Shown piece by piece: positions 27,139-36,964 of a DNA stretch of 64,000 nt. Below the pieces are notes generated by a model, which was not told where the DNA came from, ran no database searches, and saw only the letters and a program-made list of their open reading frames with translations. This stretch comes from a virus: positions 1-64,000 of IMG/VR virus record IMGVR_UViG_3300017788_000011. One strand, given 5' to 3'. The position numbers and the translations under genes were made by a program. Positions within the stretch are counted from its first letter, which is position 1. Each line of letters begins with the position of its first letter.

Positions 27139-27330
27139 ATGGCAAAATTAAACAAATTGGTAAAAGTAAACGAATCTATCACTATCAATCGTTATGACAA
27201 CGGATGGATGGTAGAAATCGGTGGCCGCAATAAGAAAGAAGATTGGGCCAATACGAAAACTCTTTGCAACACCGAAGAAGAACTGTTGGCATTGATCAAA
27301 GAATATAACACAATGGAGTTAGATCAATAA
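27139..27330 (+). CDS. hypothetical protein
   Basis: RBS AAGGAG; INRYDNGWMVEIGG. Confidence 0.7.
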   Translation: MAKLNKLVKVNESITINRYDNGWMVEIGGRNKKEDWANTKTLCNTEEELLALIKEYNTMELDQ

Positions 27331-27740
27331 TGGCTACTTGGAAAATTTCAACTACAGAAAGAAAGTCCTGCGAAGAACGTGAAATCTGGACTAAGGATGA
27401 TTTGACCATTGTACGCATCAACGGATATCGCTGGGGTACATTCATTGTAGAAACATCCGACGATAACCCGCCCGAGGATATTGATCCAGAAAATCCAGAA
27501 GGCATTAATATGTATGATTATTTCAGCGACAATGCAGAAAACGGGGCTGAACTGGATTCTATGGATGATGGCTGGCTTGGAGATTGGGAATTTCCCGACG
27601 ACATGGATAAAGATGAACAACAGCGCATCATGGATGGATGGGATGAAGAATCATACGAATTTATGGAAAACGAAGGTTGGTACAACAGTGAAACCGAAGC
27701 ATGGTTGTTTGGACCCTTAAGTATTGAAAAGGTAGATTAA
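27330..27740 (+). CDS. acidic hypothetical protein
   Basis: 136 aa; GYRWG; Asp/Glu-rich. Confidence 0.7.
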   Translation: MATWKISTTERKSCEEREIWTKDDLTIVRINGYRWGTFIVETSDDNPPEDIDPENPEGINMYDYFSDNAENGAELDSMDDGWLGDWEFPDDMDKDEQQRIMDGWDEESYEFMENEGWYNSETEAWLFGPLSIEKVD

Positions 27741-27741
27741 A

Positions 27742-28089
27742 ATGAAGCCACAAACGCCCGCAGAAGGTATTCTTAAAAAAAATGATTGGGGAGACTCAAA
27801 GGTCTATGATGTCGTCTGCGGCTGTGGAGATCCTGATCACAATCACAGTGTTTGGATAGAATCGGACGAGACTGGTGTTAATGTTACCCTTTATACCAAT
27901 GTAAAATCAGCCTTTTGGTCTATGAATAGGTTTAAACAGATATGGACTTTAATTACCAAAGGTTATTTACAACACGAGGCAACAATTTTCATGAGTCCAC
28001 AACAGGCATTTAATTATGCCGAAACTCTTAAGTCTGCTGTCAATGATGTAGTACAATTTAGAAAAAATAGAAATCATGAGCAAAATTAA
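27742..28089 (+). CDS. hypothetical protein with CxC...H motif
   Basis: VVCGCGDPDHNH. Confidence 0.7.
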   Translation: MKPQTPAEGILKKNDWGDSKVYDVVCGCGDPDHNHSVWIESDETGVNVTLYTNVKSAFWSMNRFKQIWTLITKGYLQHEATIFMSPQQAFNYAETLKSAVNDVVQFRKNRNHEQN

Positions 28090-28948
28090 AATCGCAGAAT
28101 TATTTTATTCAATACAAGGCGAAGGACGGTACATGGGGGTCCCGTCTGTTTTCTTACGTACATTTGGCTGTAACTTTAAGTGTGCCGGATTTGGCATGCC
28201 CAACGGCGAAGTCAGTAAAGAAGTGGATGTTATTGCTGAGAAAATTTCACAGTTTAAATCATATGAAGAATTGCCGTTGGTCAGTACCGGCTGTGACAGT
28301 TACGCAAGTTGGGATCCAAGATTTAAAAATCTCAGTCCTATGCTTACTACCGATGCTATCGCTGATCGTATAATGGAAATACTTCCCTACAATAAATGGG
28401 AAAGTGAACATCTTGTGATCACCGGTGGAGAACCGTTACTGGGATGGCAACGTGCTTACCCTGATTTATTGCAACACGAAAAGATGCAACCATTAAAAGA
28501 AATTACTTTCGAAACCAATGGTACACAAAAACTAACTCCAGATTTTCGACATGTACTGTTAGATTGGACATTAAATCCCAGAGGTACGCCTGGTGGAAAA
28601 AGAGGATATGATTCTCTGACATTTTCAGTCAGTGCTAAATTGAGTTGCAGTGGTGAAAGCAGAGAAGAAGCAATTCGACCAGACATTGTCTGCGAATATC
28701 AAGAAGTAGGATATACATATCTTAAATTTGTAGTGGCCACAGAAGATGATGCCGAAGAAGCGTTAGAAACATTAGACATTTATCGAGCAGAAGGTTTTGA
28801 AGGACCTTGCTATCTAATGCCCGTGGGCGGTGTCGAAAGTGTCTACACACTTAATAATCGTCGTGTAGCAGAATTGGCTATGAAAATGGGTCTACGATAC
28901 AGCGACCGATTACAAGTGCCGCTATTTAAAAATGAATGGGGAACCTAA
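28076..28948 (+). CDS. queE: 7-carboxy-7-deazaguanine synthase (radical SAM)
   Basis: ELFYSIQGEG, FLRTFGCNFKC...CDS (extended cluster motif), ITGGEP, ETNGT, YSDRLQ. Confidence 0.9.
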   Translation: MSKIKIAELFYSIQGEGRYMGVPSVFLRTFGCNFKCAGFGMPNGEVSKEVDVIAEKISQFKSYEELPLVSTGCDSYASWDPRFKNLSPMLTTDAIADRIMEILPYNKWESEHLVITGGEPLLGWQRAYPDLLQHEKMQPLKEITFETNGTQKLTPDFRHVLLDWTLNPRGTPGGKRGYDSLTFSVSAKLSCSGESREEAIRPDIVCEYQEVGYTYLKFVVATEDDAEEALETLDIYRAEGFEGPCYLMPVGGVESVYTLNNRRVAELAMKMGLRYSDRLQVPLFKNEWGT

Positions 28949-29388
28949 TGAATTTTATTAAAAAACTCATGGGCTTGGATAAAATCGAACAGTCCATTGC
29001 CAAAGCAGAAGAACAGTTAGTTGAAGCCAATAAAAAACTTGAAGAGGCAGAAAAAGCATCAAAACTTGCCGCTGAACAAGAAGAATTGGCAAAGTTAACT
29101 CCCAAAGAACGAGCAACTCGTAAAAAAGAACCGTGGGTAGGTGTTTTGAATACTCACGTAAACAAAGAGAATGTAAGAAACGGATTTTTTGAGCTTGACT
29201 GGAACGATGATTTTATTGTACAATTAAAGCAAGCCGGATACGGTTTTGATGGAGATCCCGACGAAGAAATTGTGGATCGTTGGTTTAAAGAACTCTGTAG
29301 AAATGTCTTAACCGAAGAAGGAATAAGTCCCGACAGAGCTGCCGGGTACATTAACAGTGATGTAATCAATAAATCAAGGATGCAATGA
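28948..29388 (+). CDS. hypothetical phage protein
   Basis: Coiled-coil N-terminus; NGFFELDWN. Confidence 0.7.
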   Translation: MNFIKKLMGLDKIEQSIAKAEEQLVEANKKLEEAEKASKLAAEQEELAKLTPKERATRKKEPWVGVLNTHVNKENVRNGFFELDWNDDFIVQLKQAGYGFDGDPDEEIVDRWFKELCRNVLTEEGISPDRAAGYINSDVINKSRMQ

Positions 29389-30380
29389 GTTATATTATCG
29401 TAGACACAGCGAATACTTTCTTCAGAGCAAGACACGTTGTCAGAGGTGACAGTGATACCAAACTTGGTATGGCTCTTCACATCACTTTCAACAGCATTAA
29501 AAAAGCATGGCAAGACTTTAAAGGTACTCATGTGGTGTTCTGTCTCGAAGGACGTTCGTGGCGTAAAGATTACTACGAGCCCTACAAGCGTAACCGCAGT
29601 GATGCCCGTGCTGCCTTGACAGAGCGAGAACAAGAAGAAGATCAACTGTTCTGGGAAGCCTTTGATAAGTTTAAAGAATTCGTCATAGACAAAACCAACT
29701 GTACTGTACTGCAACATCCCCTCCTCGAAGCAGACGATTTAATCGCAGGCTGGATTCAAAGTCACCCCGATGACAATCATATTATTATTAGTACAGACAG
29801 CGATTTTGCACAATTAATTGCACCCAATGTCAAGCAATATAATGGCGTTACAAACACACTTAGTACTGACTATGGTATTTTTGACGATAAAGGCAAAGTC
29901 ATAATAGACAACAAAACTAAAGAGCCAAAAACCGTTCCAGATCCGCAATGGCTGTTGTTTGAAAAGTGTATTCGAGGCGACAGCAGTGATAATGTATTTT
30001 CTGCATATCCCAAGGTTCGTAAAAATAAACTTGAAGAAGCGTTCAATGACAAAGACAAAAAAGGATTTGCGTGGAACAATCTCATGTTACAACGTTGGGT
30101 AGACCACGAAGGTCAAGAACATCGAGTATTGGACGACTACGAAAGAAACAAAGTATTAATTGACTTGACACAACAGCCAGAAGATGTTAAAAAAATAATC
30201 AAAGAAACAATTGAAAAAAATGCTGTGCAAAAACAAATCGATCAAGTAGGTATTAGAATGTTGAAGTTTTGTAATCTGTTTGACATGCAACGAATTGCTG
30301 ATAACATTCAACAATATGCCGAACCATTTCAAGCGAAGTATCCCAAATGCAGTGTGAATACAAAAGAACTTGTTCATTAA
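29385..30380 (+). CDS. T4 RNase H-like 5'-3' exonuclease (FEN family)
   Basis: IIVDTAN, SWRKDYYEPYKRNR, EADDLIA, ISTDSDFAQL, GDSSDNV. Confidence 0.92.
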   Translation: MSYIIVDTANTFFRARHVVRGDSDTKLGMALHITFNSIKKAWQDFKGTHVVFCLEGRSWRKDYYEPYKRNRSDARAALTEREQEEDQLFWEAFDKFKEFVIDKTNCTVLQHPLLEADDLIAGWIQSHPDDNHIIISTDSDFAQLIAPNVKQYNGVTNTLSTDYGIFDDKGKVIIDNKTKEPKTVPDPQWLLFEKCIRGDSSDNVFSAYPKVRKNKLEEAFNDKDKKGFAWNNLMLQRWVDHEGQEHRVLDDYERNKVLIDLTQQPEDVKKIIKETIEKNAVQKQIDQVGIRMLKFCNLFDMQRIADNIQQYAEPFQAKYPKCSVNTKELVH

Positions 30381-30406
30381 GAACAGCAAATTGCAAGGAG
30401 AGATGT

Positions 30407-30877
30407 ATGAATTTTCGAGCCAAACCGGTCATCGACGGAAAGTTTTGGATCGTTGAAGACAACGGTATCAAGGTTGGTATCTTACAAAAAAATGAATTTA
30501 ATAAATTTGTATTGAGTTCGAAGACCGGTTCAAATTTTTATAATAAGAAAGAAGAACTAACTAAACAATTTGGATCTGACTTCTTTGAAAAAATTACAAT
30601 CAGCAAAACAGAAAATCCGATAGAATATGAAGTTCATGGATATCCAACTTCTTCTAAACCATTTAACCCCATGTTCAATGTACAAAAGAAACTTCCTCTG
30701 TTTACCAAGAGTAAACAATCAAAAAGTATCTATTGTGCAGGTTATTATTTGATTAAATTTGACAAAGGTTGGGTTCGAAGTTTTTGTCCAAAACTGATTA
30801 CAGTCGAACGCTACAGTTATCAAGGACCTTTCAAAACTGAGATTGAACAAAAGGCTGTGCTATCCAATGCCAAATGA
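30407..30877 (+). CDS. hypothetical phage protein
   Basis: RBS AAGGAG; YCAGYY, FCPKLIT. Confidence 0.7.
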   Translation: MNFRAKPVIDGKFWIVEDNGIKVGILQKNEFNKFVLSSKTGSNFYNKKEELTKQFGSDFFEKITISKTENPIEYEVHGYPTSSKPFNPMFNVQKKLPLFTKSKQSKSIYCAGYYLIKFDKGWVRSFCPKLITVERYSYQGPFKTEIEQKAVLSNAK

Positions 30878-31100
30878 TCCTATCAATACTGCGCCGATAC
30901 AAAATTTTATCAATCAGGTCAAAGCCGCGGACATAAGTAATCAACGAGAAATTAAAATTGATACAAAAACAGCCAAGGCATTGGCATTTTGTCTAACACA
31001 ACTGTTGGCTAAAAACGTTCAAGACTATGAAAACCTACTCAAAAATCTTGAAAAAACCGAAGATGTTATAACTGTTAAGATGGACGGCGGCGCACTATAA
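30867..31100 (+). CDS. hypothetical protein
   Basis: 77 aa; C-terminal MDGG. Confidence 0.65.
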   Translation: MPNDPINTAPIQNFINQVKAADISNQREIKIDTKTAKALAFCLTQLLAKNVQDYENLLKNLEKTEDVITVKMDGGAL

Positions 31101-31105
31101 AAATG

Positions 31106-31139
31106 ATAAATATATGCGTACATTTGGAGTACGTATATG
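31106..31139 (+). promoter_or_regulatory. late promoter followed by RBS/start-sequestering hairpin
   Basis: ATAAATA 31106-31112; ATATGCGTAC/GTACGTATAT stem encloses GGAG and includes the start codon. Confidence 0.7.
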
Positions 31140-31418
31140 AGTCGGCCAAAGCCACAAGTTATATTAGAACACGTTAATAAAAAGAATTACAAAAGCGAGC
31201 AGGTATTAGAGGCCGAGGCAATCTGGGCTGTCTTCTACAAAGGTAAGCCTTTTAATCTCAAGAGTGCTAACAGCATTAGTCCCTTGCCTGCCCCCAAGTA
31301 TAAAAAGGTTTCATTCTCGAATCCCGGACACGCACATAACCTTGCTAAAAAATTGAACACTATGTTTCACTGTGAAGACTTCAAAGTGGTCAAATTAACC
31401 CAAGGCGAGGAACTGTGA
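31137..31418 (+). CDS. conserved hypothetical phage protein (probably late)
   Basis: MSRPKP, KYKKVSFSNPGHAHNLAKKLN. Confidence 0.75.
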   Translation: MSRPKPQVILEHVNKKNYKSEQVLEAEAIWAVFYKGKPFNLKSANSISPLPAPKYKKVSFSNPGHAHNLAKKLNTMFHCEDFKVVKLTQGEEL

Positions 31419-31804
31419 ATCTCCGCGATGCTTATACAAAAATTTTTTTAAAAGAACAAAATCAAAGCACGGCCAAGGCTAATGTCAAACAGGCCACATT
31501 AGACATTTGGCAAAATTCTCGAACAAAAAATCTCGGTGGACTACGATTATCCGATTTTGGTTATAAATTTTTAACTGAAAAAATGGAACTGGCTTCTTAC
31601 GAAGTTCCGTTTCCTCCAGAACTCGAAATGACTGCTCAGGTCATAATATTTTTGGATAGATTTTTAGATTGCCCATATTATCTTACCAAAAATTCTATCA
31701 TTGTATTCAAAGAGCGCAAGGCCTTTGATCTCCATTTATTCAACGGAGATGTCCGAAAATATGGACTAACAAAGGCAATGTCCAATCAAAAAGTTCCAAA
31801 ATAG
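31415..31804 (+). CDS. hypothetical phage protein
   Basis: GGLRLSDFG, LDRFLDCPYY; GTGA overlap. Confidence 0.7.
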   Translation: MNLRDAYTKIFLKEQNQSTAKANVKQATLDIWQNSRTKNLGGLRLSDFGYKFLTEKMELASYEVPFPPELEMTAQVIIFLDRFLDCPYYLTKNSIIVFKERKAFDLHLFNGDVRKYGLTKAMSNQKVPK

Positions 31805-31806
31805 AG

Positions 31807-31835
31807 TTGACAACAAATGAAAACTGTCGTATAAT
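31807..31835 (+). promoter_or_regulatory. sigma70 consensus promoter
   Basis: TTGACA-17 nt-TATAAT. Confidence 0.85.
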
Positions 31836-31884
31836 AGATACATAGTAAATTATTTCTTCAACGCTTTTTTACAAAGGAACTGAA

Positions 31885-32973
31885 ATGAGCGACATCAATA
31901 CCCGTCAACTTAGCCCGAGCGCCGCAAAACGCTCAATTACTCATGCGCTTAACAAGAAGCGTCCAATCTTCTTGTGGGGTCCTCCGGGTATTGGTAAGTC
32001 TGACATTGTTCATCAGATTGCCAAAGACAACGATGCTCATGTTATCGACATTCGTTTGAGTCTTTGGGAACCCACTGACATTAAAGGTATTCCGTTTTTT
32101 AACTCCACTGAAAATAAAATGCAGTGGGCGCCTCCGGCAGAATTGCCCGATGAGGAAATGGCTGCCAAACATAAGACTATTATCCTGTTCATGGATGAAA
32201 TGAACTCTGCGGCTCCCAGTGTTCAGGCCGCGGCTTATCAGTTAGTTTTGAATCGTCGTGTTGGTACTTATCGTTTGCCCGATAATGTTGTAATGGTTGC
32301 CGCAGGTAACCGTGAAACTGACAAAGGTGTTACTTATCGTATGCCTGCTCCGTTGGCTAACCGTTTCCTGCACTTGGAAATGAAAGTGGATTTTGAAGAC
32401 TGGTTTACCTGGGCCACTGAGAACCGTGTACACAAAGATGTAGTGGGTTTTATCAGTTTCAGCAAAAAAGACCTCTACGACTTTGATCCAAAATCATCAA
32501 GCCGTAGTTTTGCTACTCCCCGTTCTTGGATGTTTGTCAGCGAATTGCTGGACGACGATTTGGATCAAAATACCCTAACTGATCTTATTTCGGGTGCTGT
32601 GGGCGAAGGACTTGCTGTGAAGTTTATGGCACATCGCAAGGTTTCTTCTAAACTGCCAAAACCCGAAGACATTTTGGCTGGCAAAGTTAAAAAACTGGAG
32701 GTCAAAGAGATTTCTGCGATGTATTCGTTGACTGTGAGTCTCTGCTACGAACTCAAAGAAGCGTCCGATAAAAATGCTAAAAATTGGAATGATCAAGTCA
32801 ATAACTTCTTCCAATTTATGATGGATAACTTCGAAACTGAGTTGGTTATCATGGGTACTAAACTGGCTCTGACTCAATACAATTTGCCGTTGGATCCGGA
32901 CGAAATTAAGTGTTTTGACGACTTCCACGAGAAGTTTGGCAAATACATTTCGGCGGCTACTGATAAGAATTAA
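31885..32973 (+). CDS. MoxR-like AAA+ ATPase
   Basis: Walker A GPPGIGKS, Walker B LFMDEMN, AAGNR, PLANRF, TPRSW. Confidence 0.92.
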   Translation: MSDINTRQLSPSAAKRSITHALNKKRPIFLWGPPGIGKSDIVHQIAKDNDAHVIDIRLSLWEPTDIKGIPFFNSTENKMQWAPPAELPDEEMAAKHKTIILFMDEMNSAAPSVQAAAYQLVLNRRVGTYRLPDNVVMVAAGNRETDKGVTYRMPAPLANRFLHLEMKVDFEDWFTWATENRVHKDVVGFISFSKKDLYDFDPKSSSRSFATPRSWMFVSELLDDDLDQNTLTDLISGAVGEGLAVKFMAHRKVSSKLPKPEDILAGKVKKLEVKEISAMYSLTVSLCYELKEASDKNAKNWNDQVNNFFQFMMDNFETELVIMGTKLALTQYNLPLDPDEIKCFDDFHEKFGKYISAATDKN

Positions 32974-32988
32974 GCCAAAATAAACCAC

Positions 32989-33017
32989 TTGACACCGCCT
33001 AAGGGCGGTGTTATAAT
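32989..33017 (+). promoter_or_regulatory. sigma70 consensus promoter with a GC-rich inverted repeat filling its spacer
   Basis: TTGACA-17 nt-TATAAT; ACACCGCC-TAAG-GGCGGTGT at 32992-33011. Confidence 0.85.
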
Positions 33018-33049
33018 ATATACATACAGTAAACTATCAGGAGCAGAAT

Positions 33050-34219
33050 ATGAGTGTAAACAGCGACATCATTGACAAAATTATTGTAGCACGAGTTGGA
33101 CTACTGCTACGTCATCCGTTTTTTGGCAATATGGCCACTCGCTTAAAAATTCAAGAAGTAGATTGGTTGCCTACTGCGGCTACAGACGGTCGTGCTCTGT
33201 ATTTTAATCGTGAGTTTTTCTCAGATCTCACTACTAAAGAAATCGAATTTGTTGTTGCACACGAAATTCTTCACGTGGTATTTGATCACATGAGTCGTAA
33301 AGAAGGTCGCGATCCGCAAATTTGGAACATTGCCGCTGACTATTGTGTCAACGGTACTTTGACCAAAGATCGAATTGGTGTTATGCCTGCCAAAGTAAAA
33401 GGGTTTCATGATACCAAATACTACGGCTGGGGTGCTGAAAGTGTCTACGATGATATCTATGAAAAATTTGACGAGGATGAATTAAAGGCACTTGGAGAAC
33501 TGCTCGACGAACATCTGGAGTGGGACAAACAAGATCCTAATAATCCCAATCGTCCAGTTCATTCAAAAGAGGAACTTAAAAAGATTCGAGATGAAATTAA
33601 GGAAGCAATGATTCAGGCAGCCAATGCCGCAGGTGCCGGAAACGTTCCTGCTGGTATTCAGCGTATGATTAAAGATATGACTGAATCTAAAATGAACTGG
33701 CGCGAATTATTGCGTCAACAGATTCAAAGTACTATCAAAGATGATTACACATGGATGCGTCCCAGCAGAAAAGGCTGGCACACTGGTGCTGTACTTCCAG
33801 GTATGAACTTTGCTCAAACCATTGACATTGCCGTGAGCCTTGACATGAGTGGATCTATCTCAGATGCCATGAGTGCAGATTTTATCAGCGAAATCAAAGG
33901 TATCATGGATGAGTTCAAAGACTATAAAGTTAAGATCTGGTGCTTTGATACCAAAGTCTACAACGAACAAAATTTTACTTCGGAATCTGGCTTAGACATT
34001 TCTGAGTATGAAATTATGGGTGGTGGCGGTACTGACTTCATGTGCAACTGGGAATACATGAAAGATCAAGGTATTGAACCTAAAAAATTCATCATGTTTA
34101 CTGATGGCTATCCCTGGGATAGTTGGGGTGACGAATCCTACTGCGAAACTGTATTCATCATTCACGGAAACAAAGAAATTGTTCCACCGTTCGGTACTCA
34201 TGCCTACTATGAAAAATGA
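33050..34219 (+). CDS. DUF2201-type metallopeptidase-like plus VWA domain protein
   Basis: TAATDG, HEILH zincin, WNIAADY; MIDAS DMSGS, GGGGTDF, FTDG. Confidence 0.88.
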   Translation: MSVNSDIIDKIIVARVGLLLRHPFFGNMATRLKIQEVDWLPTAATDGRALYFNREFFSDLTTKEIEFVVAHEILHVVFDHMSRKEGRDPQIWNIAADYCVNGTLTKDRIGVMPAKVKGFHDTKYYGWGAESVYDDIYEKFDEDELKALGELLDEHLEWDKQDPNNPNRPVHSKEELKKIRDEIKEAMIQAANAAGAGNVPAGIQRMIKDMTESKMNWRELLRQQIQSTIKDDYTWMRPSRKGWHTGAVLPGMNFAQTIDIAVSLDMSGSISDAMSADFISEIKGIMDEFKDYKVKIWCFDTKVYNEQNFTSESGLDISEYEIMGGGGTDFMCNWEYMKDQGIEPKKFIMFTDGYPWDSWGDESYCETVFIIHGNKEIVPPFGTHAYYEK

Positions 34220-34794
34220 ACGTTCATCCGGATAGTTTTAGCAGTGGACAAGTAGGCAGTAAAATTTGGTGTGCTGAAGAACTGGAATCGGCATGCCAAT
34301 ATTACGAAAGTCAAAATAGAATTACTGCACCGTATCGAATCCTTATGTTAGGAGGATGGTACGGTGTTCTTAATTTAATTCTAAGATCACGAGATAATAT
34401 AAAAATTCAGCGGGTGCGGTCGTTAGACATCGATCAAGAAGTTTGCGACATAGCAGACTTAGTAAACAATTATTGGGTATGGCAAGAATGGCAGTTTAAA
34501 TCTGTTCATGGTGATGCCAACACTTATCAATATACCGCCGACGATTTTAATATCGTAATTAATACCGCAACTGAACACATGGAGTCAAGAGATTGGTTTA
34601 ACAACATTCCCAAAGGTACATTAGTAGTATTGCAGTCTAACAATATGAAACACGATGATCACTGTGCCAATCACGAATCCTGGATGGATTTTGACGAGGA
34701 TTATTTTTTAACAGAAACGTATTCAGTTACACAAAAAGAATTCAAATACCCGGAATGGTCATTTAGACGTTTTATGAAGATTGGAATAAAATGA
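34216..34794 (+). CDS. class I SAM-dependent methyltransferase-like protein
   Basis: ILMLGGWYG, SLDID, GDAN, INTATEHM, LQSNN. Confidence 0.65.
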   Translation: MNVHPDSFSSGQVGSKIWCAEELESACQYYESQNRITAPYRILMLGGWYGVLNLILRSRDNIKIQRVRSLDIDQEVCDIADLVNNYWVWQEWQFKSVHGDANTYQYTADDFNIVINTATEHMESRDWFNNIPKGTLVVLQSNNMKHDDHCANHESWMDFDEDYFLTETYSVTQKEFKYPEWSFRRFMKIGIK

Positions 34795-35069
34795 GTTTAA
34801 AAGCGGGAAATCCTAATCCGTTAAATGTGTTTGGTTTAAGAAAAGTTAGTTTTCCTCCTCCTCATTTTGAGTATGTTTTTATCAACCAAACCTCCCTATA
34901 TCAAGTTGAAGAAATTCGAGAATGGATCGAATACAATTGCAATAATAGGTACTATGTTGGCAAAGCCATGTCTTTGGATGCTAACAATGCGTTTATTAAT
35001 GGATACAAAATTGGTTTTGAAGATCCCAAGGAATTAACCTTCTTCAAAATAGCCTGCCCTCTAATTTAA
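34791..35069 (+). CDS. hypothetical phage protein
   Basis: NPLNVFGLRK..PPPHF; IGFEDPKE. Confidence 0.7.
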   Translation: MSLKAGNPNPLNVFGLRKVSFPPPHFEYVFINQTSLYQVEEIREWIEYNCNNRYYVGKAMSLDANNAFINGYKIGFEDPKELTFFKIACPLI

Positions 35070-35075
35070 AGAGAT

Positions 35076-35114
35076 TAAATATACGTATATTACTTTTTAG
35101 GAGATATACGTATG
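35076..35114 (+). promoter_or_regulatory. late promoter followed by RBS/start-sequestering hairpin
   Basis: TAAATA 35076-35081; perfect 10-bp ATACGTATAT/ATATACGTAT enclosing AGGAG and overlapping ATG. Confidence 0.72.
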
Positions 35115-35342
35115 ACCCAAGAAACACAGGCTGCCGAAACTGCTCAAGCCGCTCCGGCACAAGAAGCTCAACAGCAACAACCCGATCTTACCCTTGCTGA
35201 TCTTGCAGGATTGAAATCAATCATCGATGTGGCTGCTCAACGAGGTGCATTTAAACCCAACGAAATGCAGGCTGTTGGAACAGTATACAACAAACTATCT
35301 TCATTCCTTTCAGCCGCAAGTGGGAATAAAGGAGAACAATAA
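35112..35342 (+). CDS. hypothetical phage protein
   Basis: IIDVAAQRGAFKPNEM..VG..YNKL. Confidence 0.75.
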   Translation: MTQETQAAETAQAAPAQEAQQQQPDLTLADLAGLKSIIDVAAQRGAFKPNEMQAVGTVYNKLSSFLSAASGNKGEQ

Positions 35343-35929
35343 TGGCCGAAATTAAACACGTAGGCCGTGTAATTGCCACTGGAAGAAAATGTTTAGTGGC
35401 ATTTAGAACACTGCCAGGAGATGCTTTTAGTTGTCTAATTATACCCACTGAAGCATTGTCAGATGTTTATCATAACTCTTTAATGACATTAGTGGAAAGC
35501 ACAGCCGGACAAGATTCGTTTGAATTCGCAGATGTTATGGCTCGCAGTCTATTTCCCGATGGCGAAAACATGTTAGAAGTTCTACATAAAACAGGAAAGT
35601 TAGTAAAAGTATCTACCAGCGAAGTAGACATGCTACCTACTACAAACTTTAAAATTAACCTGTCCGAACTCAACCAACTGATTGCAGAACAGAGAAATAT
35701 TTCTGTTGATGATCTTTCAATGTTGCAAAATCAACAGCCAATTACTCCGCAAACAGAAATTCAAGAAGTTGCAACAGTTTCTGATATTAGTCCGCCAATG
35801 GGAGACGAGAATTTAACTGCTGATCAACGTGCCTCAAAACTTCGCAGTGAAGCCGATCGTCTTTATAAAGAAGCCGCAAAACTTCGTAAGCAAGCAGAAG
35901 AACTGAGTCCAACAAAGAAAAAGTCTTAA
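35342..35929 (+). CDS. hypothetical phage protein
   Basis: KHVGR, FRTLPGD; C-terminal coiled coil. Confidence 0.75.
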   Translation: MAEIKHVGRVIATGRKCLVAFRTLPGDAFSCLIIPTEALSDVYHNSLMTLVESTAGQDSFEFADVMARSLFPDGENMLEVLHKTGKLVKVSTSEVDMLPTTNFKINLSELNQLIAEQRNISVDDLSMLQNQQPITPQTEIQEVATVSDISPPMGDENLTADQRASKLRSEADRLYKEAAKLRKQAEELSPTKKKS

Positions 35930-35935
35930 ACTATC

Positions 35936-36250
35936 GTGGGCGGTAAAAATTTGCCCGAAGACATTGTCAGTCTGTGGCCAGAAGTCTTCGGTGATGTAGT
36001 GTTGAACTCAGTGCCTTATCCATATCTTGAATCTATTATCATCACGTTTGAAAATGGAAAAATATGGAATGTAGAAGCGCCTGAAGAAAAAAATCAAGAC
36101 TCTTGGGATCAGATCGAATCTAATCTAAAAATATTAATGCGTGACTATGGTGATCAAATCAACAATATTGATTTTAAATTAGACACTGCAAAAATTAAAA
36201 AAGATGTGATTAGACAAACTAAGAAATTTCTCAAACAGCAGAAATTATGA
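35936..36250 (+). CDS. hypothetical protein
   Basis: WPEVFGDV; last gene of the plus-strand block. Confidence 0.65.
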   Translation: MGGKNLPEDIVSLWPEVFGDVVLNSVPYPYLESIIITFENGKIWNVEAPEEKNQDSWDQIESNLKILMRDYGDQINNIDFKLDTAKIKKDVIRQTKKFLKQQKL

Positions 36251-36916
36251 TATCTTACTGAATTCGTGTTGCAGCCACGCCCAGTCGTTGATTTTAGCAA
36301 TATCCTGCGGGTGCGTATTTACAAAGTTTTTTCCGGCATTAGAGCCAATGATAGTTTCTTTTCCGAACTGGGCTGTTTCTCCCACTGTACACCATGTCTG
36401 TAGTCTTCGCTCAGTTTCTAAATCATTTTGACGTTTGATAATTTTGCTGGCCAGTTTGGCAGATTCTCTAAAACCACTTTTCCAAGCATTAAACGGATCT
36501 GTATTAAAATGTGTTATATTGCTGACTTGATCGATTGATTTAAAACTCGAGGATATGCTGGTTGTAAAATCCACAGAGGATTTATCTACTTCGATAGTTT
36601 TAAATTTAGGTAGCAATTTAATTCCGCCATAACCGTATTCAAGATCGTTAACAGGATTACGACTTTTCCAAACATGAACAGTTTCTAAATCCCAGTTAGA
36701 TACTTTGAAACGAAAATCAAAATTATCAAGTACTTCTGCATCTGCGTCAACTACCCAGAACATTTTTGTCAAGGATTTTTTTGCCGCGGCAATGTGAGCA
36801 TTGTGTATGCCTTCAACATTAAGTATGCGCTTGGCCATTGGAAAACGTTTTTTCAGTTGGCGCCAATGTTTTTCAGCGTTAGGTTCGAAAAAGGAAATAA
36901 AAAAGATATCGTACAT
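36245..36916 (-). CDS. GT-A-like glycosyltransferase
   Basis: DIFFISFFEPNA, WVVDADA (DxD), NDLEYGYGGIKL, AWKSGFRE; paralog of 38983-39885. Confidence 0.65.
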   Translation of the reverse strand: MYDIFFISFFEPNAEKHWRQLKKRFPMAKRILNVEGIHNAHIAAAKKSLTKMFWVVDADAEVLDNFDFRFKVSNWDLETVHVWKSRNPVNDLEYGYGGIKLLPKFKTIEVDKSSVDFTTSISSSFKSIDQVSNITHFNTDPFNAWKSGFRESAKLASKIIKRQNDLETERRLQTWCTVGETAQFGKETIIGSNAGKNFVNTHPQDIAKINDWAWLQHEFSKIS

Positions 36917-36935
36917 GATTTTATTTAACACTACT

Positions 36936-36964
36936 ATTATAGCAAATAAATATTCCGAGAACAA
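36936..36964 (-). promoter_or_regulatory. sigma70-like promoter, variant -35
   Basis: TTGTTC-17 nt-TATAAT on minus strand; overlaps a divergent ATAAATA (+, 36946-36952). Confidence 0.55.
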
